Of a stretch of DNA of 64,000 nucleotides, positions 13,201-27,100 are shown one piece after another. The stretch is from Auanema rhodensis (Eukaryota > Animalia > Nematoda): positions 5,084,001 to 5,148,000 of the forward strand of contig OZ059896.1 of the NCBI GenBank assembly GCA_964057225.1, written 5' to 3'. Each line of letters opens with the position of its first letter. Positions within the stretch are counted from its first letter, which is position 1. The notes beneath the pieces were generated by a model. The model was not told where the DNA came from. It ran no database searches and saw only the letters and a program-made list of their open reading frames with translations. The position numbers and the translations under genes were made by a program.

Positions 13201-14700
13201 TTGTTTTTAAACTAATATGGACATGGGGAATCTAATTTTGAAAACCGCATCTCTTTATCTTTCACGTGAAGCGAGTTACATACCTAGAGCACATCACGTG
13301 TACATTTAATTAGCATAAATTAAAGTTCGCGTAAATTTCAAAGTGATGGTTACCATGAACCAATATCAATAAAAATTTGTTTTTAAACTAATATGGACAT
13401 GGGTAATCTAATTTTGAAAACCGCATCCCTTTATCTTTCACGTGAAGCGAGTTACATACCTAGTGCACATCACGTGTACATTTAATTAGCATAAATTAAA
13501 GTTCACGTAAATTTCAAAGTCATGGTTACCATGCACCAATATCAATAAAAATTTGTTTTCAAACTAATATGGACATGGGGATTCTAATTTTGAAAACCGC
13601 ATCTCTTTATCTTTCACGTGAAGCGAGTTACATACCTAGTGCACATCACGTGTACATTTAATTAGCATAAATTAAAGTTCACGTAAATTTCAAAGTCATG
13701 GTTACCATGAACCAATATCAATAAAAATTTGTTTTTAGACTAATTTGGACATGGGGAATCTAATTTTGAAAACCGCATCTCTTTATCTTTCACGTGAAGC
13801 GAGTTACATATAAAGTGCACATCACGTGTACATTTAATTAGCATAAATTAAAGTTCACGTAAATTTCAAAGTCATGGTTACCATGCACCAATATTAATAA
13901 AAATTTGTTTTTAGACTAATTTGGACATGGGGAATCTAATTTTGAAAACCGCATCTCTTTATCTTTCACGTGAAGCGAGTTACATACCAAGTGCACATCA
14001 CGTGTACATTTAATTAGCATAAATTAAAGTTCACGTAAATTTCAAAGTCATGGTTACCATGAACCAATATCAATAAAAATTTGTTTTTAGACTAATATGG
14101 ACATGGGGAATCTAATTTTGAAAACCGAATCTCTTTATCTTTCACGTGAAGCGAGTTACATACCTAGAGCACATCACGTGTACACTTAATTAGCATAAAT
14201 TAAAGTTCACGTAAATTTCAAAGTCATGGTTACCATGCACCAATATTAATAAAAATTTGTTTTTAGACTAATTTGGACATGGGGATTCTAATTTTGAAAA
14301 CCGCATCTCTTTATCTTTCACGTGAAGCGAGTTACATACCTAGTGCACATCACGTGTACATTTAATTAGCATGAATTAAAGTTCACGTAAATTTCAAAGT
14401 CATGGTTACCATGAACCAATATCAATAAAAATTTGTTTTTAGACTAATATGGACATGGGGAATCTAATTTTGAAAACCGAATCTCTTTATCTTTCACGTG
14501 AAGCGAGTTACATACCAAGTGCACATCACGTGTACATTTAATTAGCATAAATTAAAGTTCACGTAAATTTCAAAGTCATGGTTACCATGAACCAATATCA
14601 ATAAAAATTTGTTTTTAGACTAATATGGACAAGGGGAATCTAATTTTGAAAACCGCATCTCTTTATCTTTCACGTGAAGCGAGTTACATACCAAGTGCAC
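8097..14700. repeat. Diverged satellite subfamily domain
   Basis: A85T (CCTAG) occurs in monomers 47, 55, 64, 66, 67, 72, 75, 76, 77, 80 and 81 and was not seen elsewhere. A30T (GGGGATTC), CC83-84TA (TATAAA), A70G and C48A also occur here, with dense G10A and A17T. Boundaries are approximate. Confidence 0.85.
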
Positions 14701-14960
14701 ATCACGTGTACATTTAATTAGCATAAATTAAAGTTCACGTAAATTTCAAAGTCATGGTTACCATGCACCAATATCAATAAAAATTTGTTTTTAGACTAAT
14801 ATGGACATGGGGAATCTAATTTTGAAAACCGCATCTCTTTATCTTTCACGTGAAGCGAGTTACATACCAAGTGCACATCACGTGTACATTTAATTAGCAT
14901 AAAGTAAAGTTCACGTAAATTTCAAAGTCATGGTTACCATGCACCAATATCAATAAAAAT

Positions 14961-17072
14961 TTGTTTTTAGACTAATATGGACATGGGGAATCTAATTTTG
15001 AAAATCGCATCTCTTTATCTTTCACGTGAAGCGAGTTACATACCAAGTGCACATCACGTGTACATTTAATTAGCATAAATTAAAGTTCACGTAAATTTCA
15101 AAGTCATGGTTACCATGAACCAATATCAATAAAAATATGTTTTTAGACTAATATGGACATGGGGAATCTAATTTTGAAAACCGCATCTCTTTATCTTTCA
15201 CGTGAAGCGAGTTACATACCAAGTGCACATCACGTGTACATTTAATTAGCATAAATTAAAGTTCACGTAAATTTCAAAGTCATGGTTACCATACACCAAT
15301 ATTAATAAAAATTTGTTTTTAGACTAATATGGACATGGGGAATCTAATTTTGAAAACGGCATCTCTTTATCTTTCACGTGAAGCGAGTTACATACCAAGT
15401 GCACATCACGTGTACATTTAATTAGCATAAATTAAAGTTCACGTAAATTTCAAAGTCATGGTTACCATGAACCAATATCAATAAAAATTTGTTTTTAGAC
15501 TAATATGGACATGGGGAATCTAATTTTGAAAACCGCATCTCTTTATCTTTCACGTGAAGCGAGTTACATACCAAGTGCACATCACGTGTACATTTAATTA
15601 GCATAAATTAAAGTTCACGTAAATTTCAAATTCATGGTTACCATGCACCAATATCAATAAAAATTTGTTTTTAGACTAATATGGACACGGAGAATCTAAT
15701 TTTGAAAACCGCATCTCTTTATCTTTCACGTGAAGCGAGTTACATACCAAGTGCACATCACGTGTACATTTAATTAGCATAAATTAAAGTTCACGTAAAT
15801 TTCAAAGTCATGGTTACCATGCACCAATATCAATAAAAATTTGTTTTTAGACTAATATGGACATGGGGAATCTAATTTTGAAAACCGCATCTCTTTATCT
15901 TTCACGTGAAGCGAGTTACATACCAAGTGCACATCACGTGTACACTTAATTAGCATAAATTAAAGTTCACGTAAATTTCAAAGTCATGGTTACCATGCAC
16001 CAATATCAATAAAAATTTGTTTTTAGACTAATATGGACATGGGGAATCTAATTTTGAAAATCGCATCTCTTTATCTTTCACGTGAAGCGAGTTACATACC
16101 AAGTGCACATCACGTGTACATTTAATTAGCATAAATTAAAGTTCACGTAAATTTCAAAGTCATGGTTACCATGAACCAATATCAATAAAAATATGTTTTT
16201 AGACTAATATGGACATGGGGAATCTAATTTTGAAAACCGCATCTCTTTATCTTTCACGTGAAGCGAGTTACATACCAAGTGCACATCACGTGTACATTTA
16301 ATTAGCATAAATTAAAGTTCACGTAAATTTCAAAGTCATGGTTACCATACACCAATATTAATAAAAATTTGTTTTTAGACTAATATGGACATGGGGAATC
16401 TAATTTTGAAAACCGCATCTCTTTATCTTTCACGTGAAGCGAGTTACATACCAAGTGCACATCACGTGTACATTTAATTAGCATAAATTAAAGTTCACGT
16501 AAATTTCAAAGTCATGGTTACCATGAACCAATATCAATAAAAATTTGTTTTTAGACTAATATGGACATGGGGAATCTAATTTTGAAAACCGCATCTCTTT
16601 ATCTTTCACGTGAAGCGAGTTACATACCAAGTGCACATCACGTGTACATTTAATTAGCATAAATTAAAGTTCACGTAAATTTCAAAGTCATGGTTACCAT
16701 GCACCAATATCAATAAAAATTTGTTTTTAGACTAATATGGACACGGAGAATCTAATTTTGAAAACCGCATCTCTTTATCTTTCACGTGAAGCGAGTTACA
16801 TACCAAGTGCACATCACGTGTACATTTAATTAGCATAAATTAAAGTTCACGTAAATTTCAAAGTCATGGTTACCATGCACCAATATCAATAAAAATTTGT
16901 TTTTAGACTAATATGGACATGGGGAATCTAATTTTGAAAACCGCATCTCTTTATCTTTCACGTGAAGCGAGTTACATACCAAGTGCACATCACGTGTACA
17001 CTTAATTAGCATAAATTAAAGTTCACGTAAATTTCAAAGTCATGGTTACCATGCACCAATATCAATAAAAAT
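14961..17072. repeat. 6-monomer (1056 bp) tandem duplication
   Basis: T1A at 15137/16193, G157A at 15293/16349, ACACGGAGA at 15688/16744 and T105C at 15945/17001. Confidence 0.9.
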
Positions 17073-20000
17073 TTGTTTTTAGACTAATATGGACATGGGG
17101 AATCTAATTTTGAAAACCGCATCTCTTTATCTTTCACGTGAAGCGAGTTACATACCAAGTGCACATCACGTGTACATTTAATTAGCATAAATTAAAGTTC
17201 ACGTAAATTTCAAAGTCATGGTTACCATGCACCAATATTAATAAAAATTTGTTTTTAGACTAATATGGACATGGGGAATCTAATTTTGAAAACCGCATCT
17301 CTTTATCTTTCACGTGAAGCGAGTTACATACCAAGTGCACATCACGTGTACATTTAATTAGCATAAATTAAAGTTCACGTAAATTTCAAAGTCATGGTTA
17401 CCATGCACCAATATTAATAAAAATTTGTTTTTAGACTAATATGGACATGGGGAATCTAATTTTGAAAACCGCATCTCTTTATCTTTCACGTGAAGCGAGT
17501 TACATACCAAGTGCACATCACGTGTACATTTAATTAGCATAAATTAAAGTTCACGTAAATTTCAAAGTCATGGTTATCATGCACCAATATCAATAAAAAT
17601 TTGTTTTTAGACTAATATGGACATGGGGAATCTAATTTTGAAAACCGCATCTCTTTATCTTTCACGTGAAGCGAGTTACATACCAAGTGCACATCACGTG
17701 TACATTTAATTAGCATAAATTAAAGTTCACGTAAATTTCAAAGTCATGGTTACCATGCACCAATATCAATAAAAATTTGTTTTTAGACTAATATGGACAT
17801 GGGGAATCTAATTTTGAAAATCGCATCTCTTTATCTTTCACGTGAAGCGAGTTACATACCAAGTGCACATCACGTGTACATTTAATTAGCATAAATTAAA
17901 GTTCACGTAAATTTCAAAGTCATGGTTACCATGAACCAATATCAATAAAAATTTGTTTTTAGACTAATATGGACATGGGGAATCTAATTTTGAAAACCGC
18001 ATCTCTTTATCTTTCACGTGAAGCGAGTTACATACCAAGTGCACATCACGTGTACACTTAATTAGCATAAATTAAAGTTCACGTAAATTTCAAAGTCATG
18101 GTTACCATGCACCAATATCAATAAAAATTTGTTTTTAGACTAATATGGACATGGGGAATCTAATTTTGAAAACCGCATCTCTTTATCTTTCACGTGAAGC
18201 GAGTTACATACCAAGTGCACATCACGTGTACATTTAATTAGCATAAATTAAAGTTCACGTAAATTTCAAAGTCATGGTTACCATGAACCAATATCAATAA
18301 AAATTTGTTTTTAGACTAATATGGACATGGGGAATCTAATTTTGAAAACCGCATCTCTTTATCTTTCACGTGAAGCGAGTTACATACCAAGTGCACATCA
18401 CGTGTACATTTAATTAGCATAAATTAAAGTTCACGTAAATTTCAAAGTCATGGTTACCATGCACCAATATCAATAAAAATTTGTTTTTAGACTAATATGG
18501 ACATGGGGAATCTAATTTTGAAAACCGCATCTCTTTATCTTTCACGTGAAGCGAGTTACATACCAAGTGCACATCACGTGTACATTTAATTAGCATAAAT
18601 TAAAGTTCACGTAAATTTCAAAGTCATGGTTACCATGCACCAATATCAATAAAAATTTGTTTTTAGGCTAATTTGGACATGGGGAATCTAATTTTGAAAA
18701 CCGCATCTCTTTATCTTTCAAGTGAAGCGAGTTACATACCAAGTGCTTATCACGTGTACATATAATTAGCATAAATTAAAGTTCACGTAAATTTCAAAGT
18801 CATGGTTACCATACACCAATATTAATAAAAATTTGTTTTTAGACTAATATGGACATGGGGAATCTAATTTTGAAAACCGCATCTCTTTATCTTTCACGTG
18901 AAGCGAGTTACATACCAAGTGCACATCACGTGTACATTTAATTAGCATAAATTAAAGTTCACGTAAATTTCAAAGTCATGGTTACCATACACCAATATTA
19001 ATAAAAATTTGTTTTTAGACTAATATGGACATGGGGAATCTAATTTTGAAAACCGCATCTCTTTATCTTTCACGTGAAGCGAGTTACATACCAAGTGCAC
19101 ATCACTTGTACATTTAATTAGCATAAATTAAAGTTCACGTAAATTTCAAAGTCATGGTTACCATGAACCAATATCAATAAAAATTTGTTTTTAGACTAAT
19201 ATGGACATGGGGAATCTAATTTTGAAAACCGCATCTCTTTATCTTTCACGTGAAGCGAGTTACATACCAAGTGCACATCACGTGTACATTTAATTAGCAT
19301 AAATTAAAGTTCACTTAAATTTCAAAGTCATGGTTACCATGCACCAATATCGATAAAAATTTGTTTTTAGACTAATATGGACACGGAGAATCTAATTTTG
19401 AAAACCGCATCTCTTTATCTTTCACGTGAAGCGAGTTACATACCAAGTGCACATCACGTGTACATTTAATTAGCATAAATTAAAGTTCACGTAAATTTCA
19501 AAGTCATGGTTACCATGCACCAATATCAACAAAAATTTGTTTTTAGACTAATATGGACATGGGGAATCTAATTTTGAAAACGGCATCTCTTTATCTTTCA
19601 CGTGAAGCGAGTTACATACCAAGTGCACCTCACGTGTACACTTAATTAGCATAAATTAAAGTTCACGTAAATTTCAAAGTCATGGTTACCATGCACCAAT
19701 ATCAATAAAAATTTGTTTTTAGACTAATATGGACATGGGGAATCTAATTTTGAAAACCGCATCTCTTTATCTTTCACGTGAAGCGAGTTACATACCAAGT
19801 GCACATCACGTGTACATTTAATTAGCATAAATTAAAGTTCACGTAAATTTCAAAGTCATGGTTACCATGCACCAATATTAATAAAAATTTGTTTTTAGAC
19901 TAATATGGACATGGGGAATCTAATTTTGAAAACCGCATCTCTTTATCTTTCACGTGAAGCGAGTTACATACCAAGTGCACATCACGTGTACATTTAATTA

Positions 20001-21120
20001 GCATAAATTAAAGTTCACGTAAATTTCAAAGTCATGGTTACCATGCACCAATATTAATAAAAATTTGTTTTTAGACTAATATGGACATGGGGAATCTAAT
20101 TTTGAAAACCGCATCTCTTTATCTTTCAGGTGAAGCGAGTTACATACCAAGTGCACATCACGTGTACATTTAATTAGCATAAATTAAAGTTCACGTAAAT
20201 TTCAAAGTCATGGTTATCATGCACCAATATCAATAAAAATTTGTTTTTAGACTAATATGGACATGGGGAATCTAATTTTGAAAACCGCATCTCTTTATCT
20301 TTCACGTGAAGCGAGTTACATACCAAGTGCACATCACGTGTACATTTAATTAGCATAAATTAAAGTTCACGTAAATTTCAAAGTCATGGTTACCATGCAC
20401 CAATATCAATAAAAATTTGTTTTTAGACTAATATGGACATGGGGAATCTAATTTTGAAAATCGCATCTCTTTATCTTTCACGTGAAGCGAGTTACATACC
20501 AAGTGCACATCACGTGTACATTTAATTAGCATAAATTAAAGTTCACGTAAATTTCAAAGTCATGGTTACCATGAACCAATATCAATAAAAATTTGTTTTT
20601 AGACTAATATGGACATGGGGAATCTAATTTTGAAAACCGCATCTCTTTATCTTTCACGTGAAGCGAGTTACATACCAAGTGCACATCACGTGTACACTTA
20701 ATTAGCATAAATTAAAGTTCACGTAAATTTCAAAGTCATGGTTACCATGCACCAATATCAATAAAAATTTGTTTTTAGACTAATATGGACATGGGGAATC
20801 TAATTTTGAAAACCGCATCTCTTTATCTTTCACGTGAAGCGAGTTACATACCAAGTGCACATCACGTGTACATTTAATTAGCATAAATTAAAGTTCACGT
20901 AAATTTCAAAGTCATGGTTACCATGAACCAATATCAATAAAAATTTGTTTTTAGACTAATATGGACATGGGGAATCTAATTTTGAAAACCGCATCTCTTT
21001 ATCTTTCAAGTGAAGCGAGTTACATACCAAGTGCACATCACGTGTACATTTAATTAGCATAAATTAAAGTTCACGTAAATTTCAAAGTCATGGTTACCAT
21101 GCACCAATATCAATAAAAAT
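16193..21120. repeat. 15-monomer (2640 bp) offset duplication
   Basis: C153T at 17577/20217, G157A at 16349/18989 and ACACGGAGA at 16744/19384. T105C and C45T monomers also match at +15. Confidence 0.85.
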
Positions 21121-24100
21121 TTGTTTTTAGACTAATATGGACATGGGGAATCTAAATTTGAAAACCGCATCTCTTTATCTTTCACGTGAAGCGAGTTACA
21201 TACCAAGTGCACATCACGTGTACATTTAATTAGCATAAATTAAAGTTCACGTAAATTTCAAAGTCATGGTTACCATGCACCAATATCAATAAAAATTTGT
21301 TTTTAGACTAATATGGACATGGGGAATCTAATTTTGAAAACCGCATCTCTTTATCTTTCACGTGAAGCGAGTTACATACCAAGTGCACATCACGTGTACA
21401 CTTAATTAGCATAAATTAAAGTTCACGTAAATTTCAAAGTCATGGTTACCATGCACCAATATCAATAAAAATTTGTTTTTAGACTAATATGGACATGGGG
21501 AATCTAATTTTGAAAACCGCATCTCTTTATCTTTCACGTGAAGCGAGTTACATACCAAGTGCACATCACGTGTACATTTAATTAGCATAAAGTAAAGTTC
21601 ACGTAAATTTCAAAGTCATGGTTACCATGCACCAATATCAATAAAAATTTGTTTTTAGACTAATATGGACATGGGGAATCTAATTTTGAAAATCGCATCT
21701 CTTTATCTTTCACGTGAAGCGAGTTACATACCAAGTGCACATCACGTGTACATTTAATTAGCATAAATTAAAGTTCACGTAAATTTCAAAGTCATGGTTA
21801 CCATGAACCAATATCAATAAAAATTTGTTTTTAGACTAATATGGACATAGGGAATCTAATTTTGAAAACCGCATCTCTTTATCTTTCACGTGAAGCGAGT
21901 TACATACCAAGTGCACATCACGTGTACATTTAATTAGCATAAATTAAAGTTCACGTAAATTTCAAAGTCATGGTTACCATGCACCAATATTAATAAAAAT
22001 TTGTTTTTAGACTAATATGGACATGGGGAATCTAATTTTGAAAACCGCATCTCTTTATCTTTCACGTGAAGCGAGTTACATACCAAGTGCACATCACGTG
22101 TACATTTAATTAGCATAAATTAAAGTTCACGTAAATTTCAAAGTCATGGTTACCATGAACCAATTTCAATAAAAATTTGTTTTTAGACTAATATGGACAT
22201 GGGGAATCTAATTTTGAAAACCGCATCTCTTTATCTTTCACGTGAAGCGAGTTACATACCAAGTGCACATCACGTGTACATTTAATTAGCATAAATTAAA
22301 GTTCACGTAAATTTCAAAGTCATGGTTACCATGCACCAATATCAATAAAAATTTGTTTTTAGACTAATATGGACACGGAGAATCTAATTTTGAAAACCGC
22401 ATCTCTTTATCTTTCACGTGAAGCGAGTTACATACCAAGTGCACATCACGTGTACATTTAATTAGCATAAATTAAAGTTCACGTAAATTTCAAAGTCATG
22501 GTTACCATGCACCAATATCAATAAAAATTTGTTTTTAGACTAATATGGACATGGGGAATATAATTTTGAAAACCGCATCTCTTTATCTTTCACGTGAAGC
22601 GAGTTACATACCAAGTGCACATCACGTGTACACTTAATTAGCATAAATTAAAGTTCACGTAAATTTCAAAGTCATGGTTACCATGCACCAATATCAATAA
22701 AAAATTGTTTTTAGACTAATATGGACATGGGGAATCTAATTTTGAAAACCGCATCTCTTTATCTTTCACGTGAAGCGAGTTACATACCAAGTGCACATCA
22801 CGTGTACATTTAATTAGCATAAATTAAAGTTCACGTAAATTTCAAAGTCATGGTTACCATGCACCAATATCAATAAAAATTTGTTTTTAGACTAATATGG
22901 ACATGGGGAATCTAATTTTGAAAACCGCATCTCTTTATCTTTCAAGTGAAGCGAGTTACATACCAAGTGCACATCACGTGTACATTTAATTAGCATAAAT
23001 TAAAGTTCACGTAAATTTCAAAGTCATGGTTACCATGCACCAATATCAATAAAAATTTGTTTTTAGACTAATATGAACATGGGGAATCTAATTTTGGAAA
23101 CCGCATCTCTTTATCTTTCACGTGAAGCGAGTTACATACCAAGTGCACATAACGTGTACATTTAATTAGCATAAATTAAAGTTCACGTAAATTTCAAAGT
23201 CATGGTTACCATGAACCAATATCAATAAAAATTTGTTTTCAGACTAATTTGGACATGGGGAATCTAATTTTGAAAACCGCATCTCTTTATCTTTCAAGTG
23301 AAGCGAGTTACATACCAAGTGCACATCACGTGTACATTTAATTAGCATAAATTAAAGTTCACGTAAATTTCAAAGTCATGGTTACCATGAACCAATATCA
23401 ATAAAAATTTGTTTTTAGACTAATATGGACATGGGGAATCTAATTTTGAAAACCGCATCTCTTTATCTTTCACGTGAAGCGAGTTACATACCAAGTGCAC
23501 ATAACGTGTACATTTAATTAGCATAAATTAAAGTTCACGTAAATTTCAAAGTCATGGTTACCATGCACCAATATCAATAAAAATTTGTTTTTAGACTAAT
23601 ATGGACATGGAGAATCTAATTTTGAAAACCGCATCTCTTTATCTTTGACGTGAAGCGAGTTACATACCAAGTGCACATCACGTGTACATTTAATTAGCAT
23701 AAATTAAAGTTCACGTAAATTTCAAAGTCATGGTTACCATGCACCAATATTAATAAAAATTTGTTTTTAAACTAATATGGACATGGGGAATCTAATTTTG
23801 AAAACCGCATCTCTTTATCTTTCACGTGAAGCGAGTTACATACCAAGTGCACATCACGTGTACATTTAATTAGCATAAATTAAAGTTCACGTAAATTTCA
23901 AACTCATGGTTACCATGAACCAATATCAATAAAAATTTGTTTTTAGACTAATATGGACATGGGGAATCTACTTTTGAAAATCGCATCTCTTTATCTTTCA
24001 CGTGAAGCGAGTTACATACCAAGTGCACATCACGTGTACATTTAATTAGCATAAATTAAAGTTCACGTAAATTTCAAAGTCATGGTTACCATGAACCAAT

Positions 24101-27100
24101 ATCAATAAAAATTTGTTTTTAGACTAATATGGACATGGGGAATCTAATTTTGAAAACCGCATCTCTTTATCTTTCACGTGAAGCGAGTTACATACCAAGT
24201 GCACATCACGTGTACATTTAATTAGCATAAATTATAGTTCACGTAAATTTCAAAGTCATGGTTACCATGCACCAATATTAATAAAAATTTGTTTTTAGAC
24301 TAATATGGACATGGGGAATCTAATTTTGAAAACCGCATCTCTTTATCTTTCACGTGAAGCGAGTTACATACCAAGTGCACATCACGTGTACATTTAATTA
24401 GCATAAATTAAAGTTCACGTAAATTTCAAAGTCATGGTTACCATGCACCAATATCAATAAAAATTTGTTTTTAGACTAATATGGACATGGAGAATCTAAT
24501 TTTGAAAACCGCATCTCTTTATCTTTCACGTGAAGCGAGTTACATACCAAGTGCACATCACGTGTACATTTAATTAGCATAAATTAAAGTTCACGTAAAT
24601 TTCAAAGTCATGGTTACCATGCACCAATATCAATAAAAATTTGTTTTTAGACTAATATGGACATGGGGAATCTAATTTTGAAAACCGCATCTCTTTATCT
24701 TTCACGTGAAGCGAGTTACATACCAAGTGCACATCACGTGTACACTTAATTAGCATAAATTAAAGTTCACGTAAATTTCAAAGTCATGGTTACCATGCAC
24801 CAATATCAATAAAAATTTGTTTTTAGACTAATATGGACATGGGGAATCTAATTTTGAAAACCGCATCTCTTTATCTTTCAAGTGAAGCGAGTTACATACC
24901 AAGTGCACATCACGTGTACATTTAATTAGCATAAATTAAAGTTCACGTAAATTTCAAAGTCATGGTTACCATGCACCAATATCAATAAAAATTTGTTTTT
25001 AGACTAATATGGACATGGGGAATCTAATTTTGAAAACCGCATCTCTTTATCTTTCACGTGAAGCGAGTTACATACCAAGTGCACATCACGTGTACATTTA
25101 ATTAGCATAAATTAAAGTTCACGTAAATTTCAAAGTCATGGTTACCATGCACCAATATCAATAAAAATTTGTTTTTAGACTAATATGGACACGGAGAATC
25201 TAATTTTGAAAACCGCATCTCTTTATCTTTCACGTGAAGCGAGTTACATACCAAGTGCACATCACGTGTACATTTAATTAGCATAAATTAAAGTTCACGT
25301 AAATTTCAAAGTCATGGTTACCATGAACCAATATCAATAAAAATTTGTTTTCAGACTAATTTGGACATGGGGAATCTAATTTTGAAAACCGCATCTCTTT
25401 ATCTTTCAAGTGAAGCGAGTTACATACCAAGTGCACATCACGTGTACATTTAATTAGCATAAATTAAAGTTCACGTAAATTTCAAAGTCATGGTTACCAT
25501 GCACCAATATTAATAAAAATTTGTTTTTAGACTAATATGGACATGAGGAATCTAATTTTGAAAATCGCATCTCTTTATCTTTCAAGTGAAGCGAGTTACA
25601 TACCAAGTGCACATCACGTGTACATTTAATTAGCATAAATTAAAGTTCACGTAAATTTCAAAGTCATGGTTACCATGCACCAATATCAATAAAAATTTGT
25701 TTTTAGACTAATATGGACATGGGGAATCTAATTTTGAAAACCGCATCTCTTTATCTTTCACGTGAAGCGAGTTACATACCAAGTGCACATCACGTGTACA
25801 TTTAATTAGCATAAATTAAAGTTCACGTAAATTTCAAAGTCATGGTTACCATGCACCAATATTAATAAAAATTTGTTTTTAGACTAATATGGACACGGAG
25901 AATCTAATTTTGAAAACCGCATCTCTTTATCTTTCACGTGAAGCGAGTTACATACCAAGTGCACATCACGTGTACATTTAATTAGCATAAATTAAAGTTC
26001 ACGTAAATTTCAAAGTCATGGTTACCATGAACCAATATCAATAAAAATTTGTTTTCAGACTAATTTGGACATGGGGAATCTAATTTTGAAAACCGCATCT
26101 CTTTATCTTTCAAGTGAAGCGAGTTACATACCAAGTGCACATCACGTGTACATTTAATTAGCATAAATTAAAGTTCACGTAAATTTCAAAGTCATGGTTA
26201 CCATGCACCAATATTAATAAAAATTTGTTTTTAGACTAATATGGACATGAGGAATCTAATTTTGAAAATCGCATCTCTTTATCTTTCACGTGAAGCGAGT
26301 TACATACCAAGTGCACATCACGTGTACATTTAATTAGCATAAATTAAAGTTCACGTAAATTTCAAAGTCATGGTTACCATGAACCAATATCAATAAAAAT
26401 TTGTTTTTAGACTAATATGGACATGGGGAATCTAATTTTGAAAACCGCATCTCTTTATCTTTCACGTGAAGCGAGTTACATACCAAGTGCACATCACGTG
26501 TACATTTAATTAGCATAAAGTAAAGTTCACGTAAATTTCAAAGTCATGGTTACCATGAACCAATATCAATAAAAATTTGTTTTTAGACTAATATGGACAT
26601 GGGGAATCTAATTTTGAAAACCGCATCTCTTTATCTTTCACGTGAAGCGAGTTACATACCAAGTGCACATCACGTGTACATTTAATTAGCATAAATTAAA
26701 GTTCACGTAAATTTCAAAGTCATGGTTACCATGCACCAATATTAATAAAAATTTGTTTTTAGACTAATATGGACATGGGGAATCTAATTTTGAAAATCGC
26801 ATCTCTTTATCTTTCACGTGAAGCGAGTTACATACCAAGTGCACATCACGTGTACATTTAATTAGCATAAATTAAAGTTCACGTAAATTTCAAAGTCATG
26901 GTTACCATGAACCAATATCAATAAAAATTTGTTTTTAGACTAATATGGACATGGGGAATCTAATTTTGAAAACCGCATCTCTTTATCTTTCAAGTGAAGC
27001 GAGTTACATACCAAGTGCACATCACGTGTACATTTAATTAGCATAAATTAAAGTTCACGTAAATTTCAAAGTCATGGTTACCATGAACCAATATCAATAA

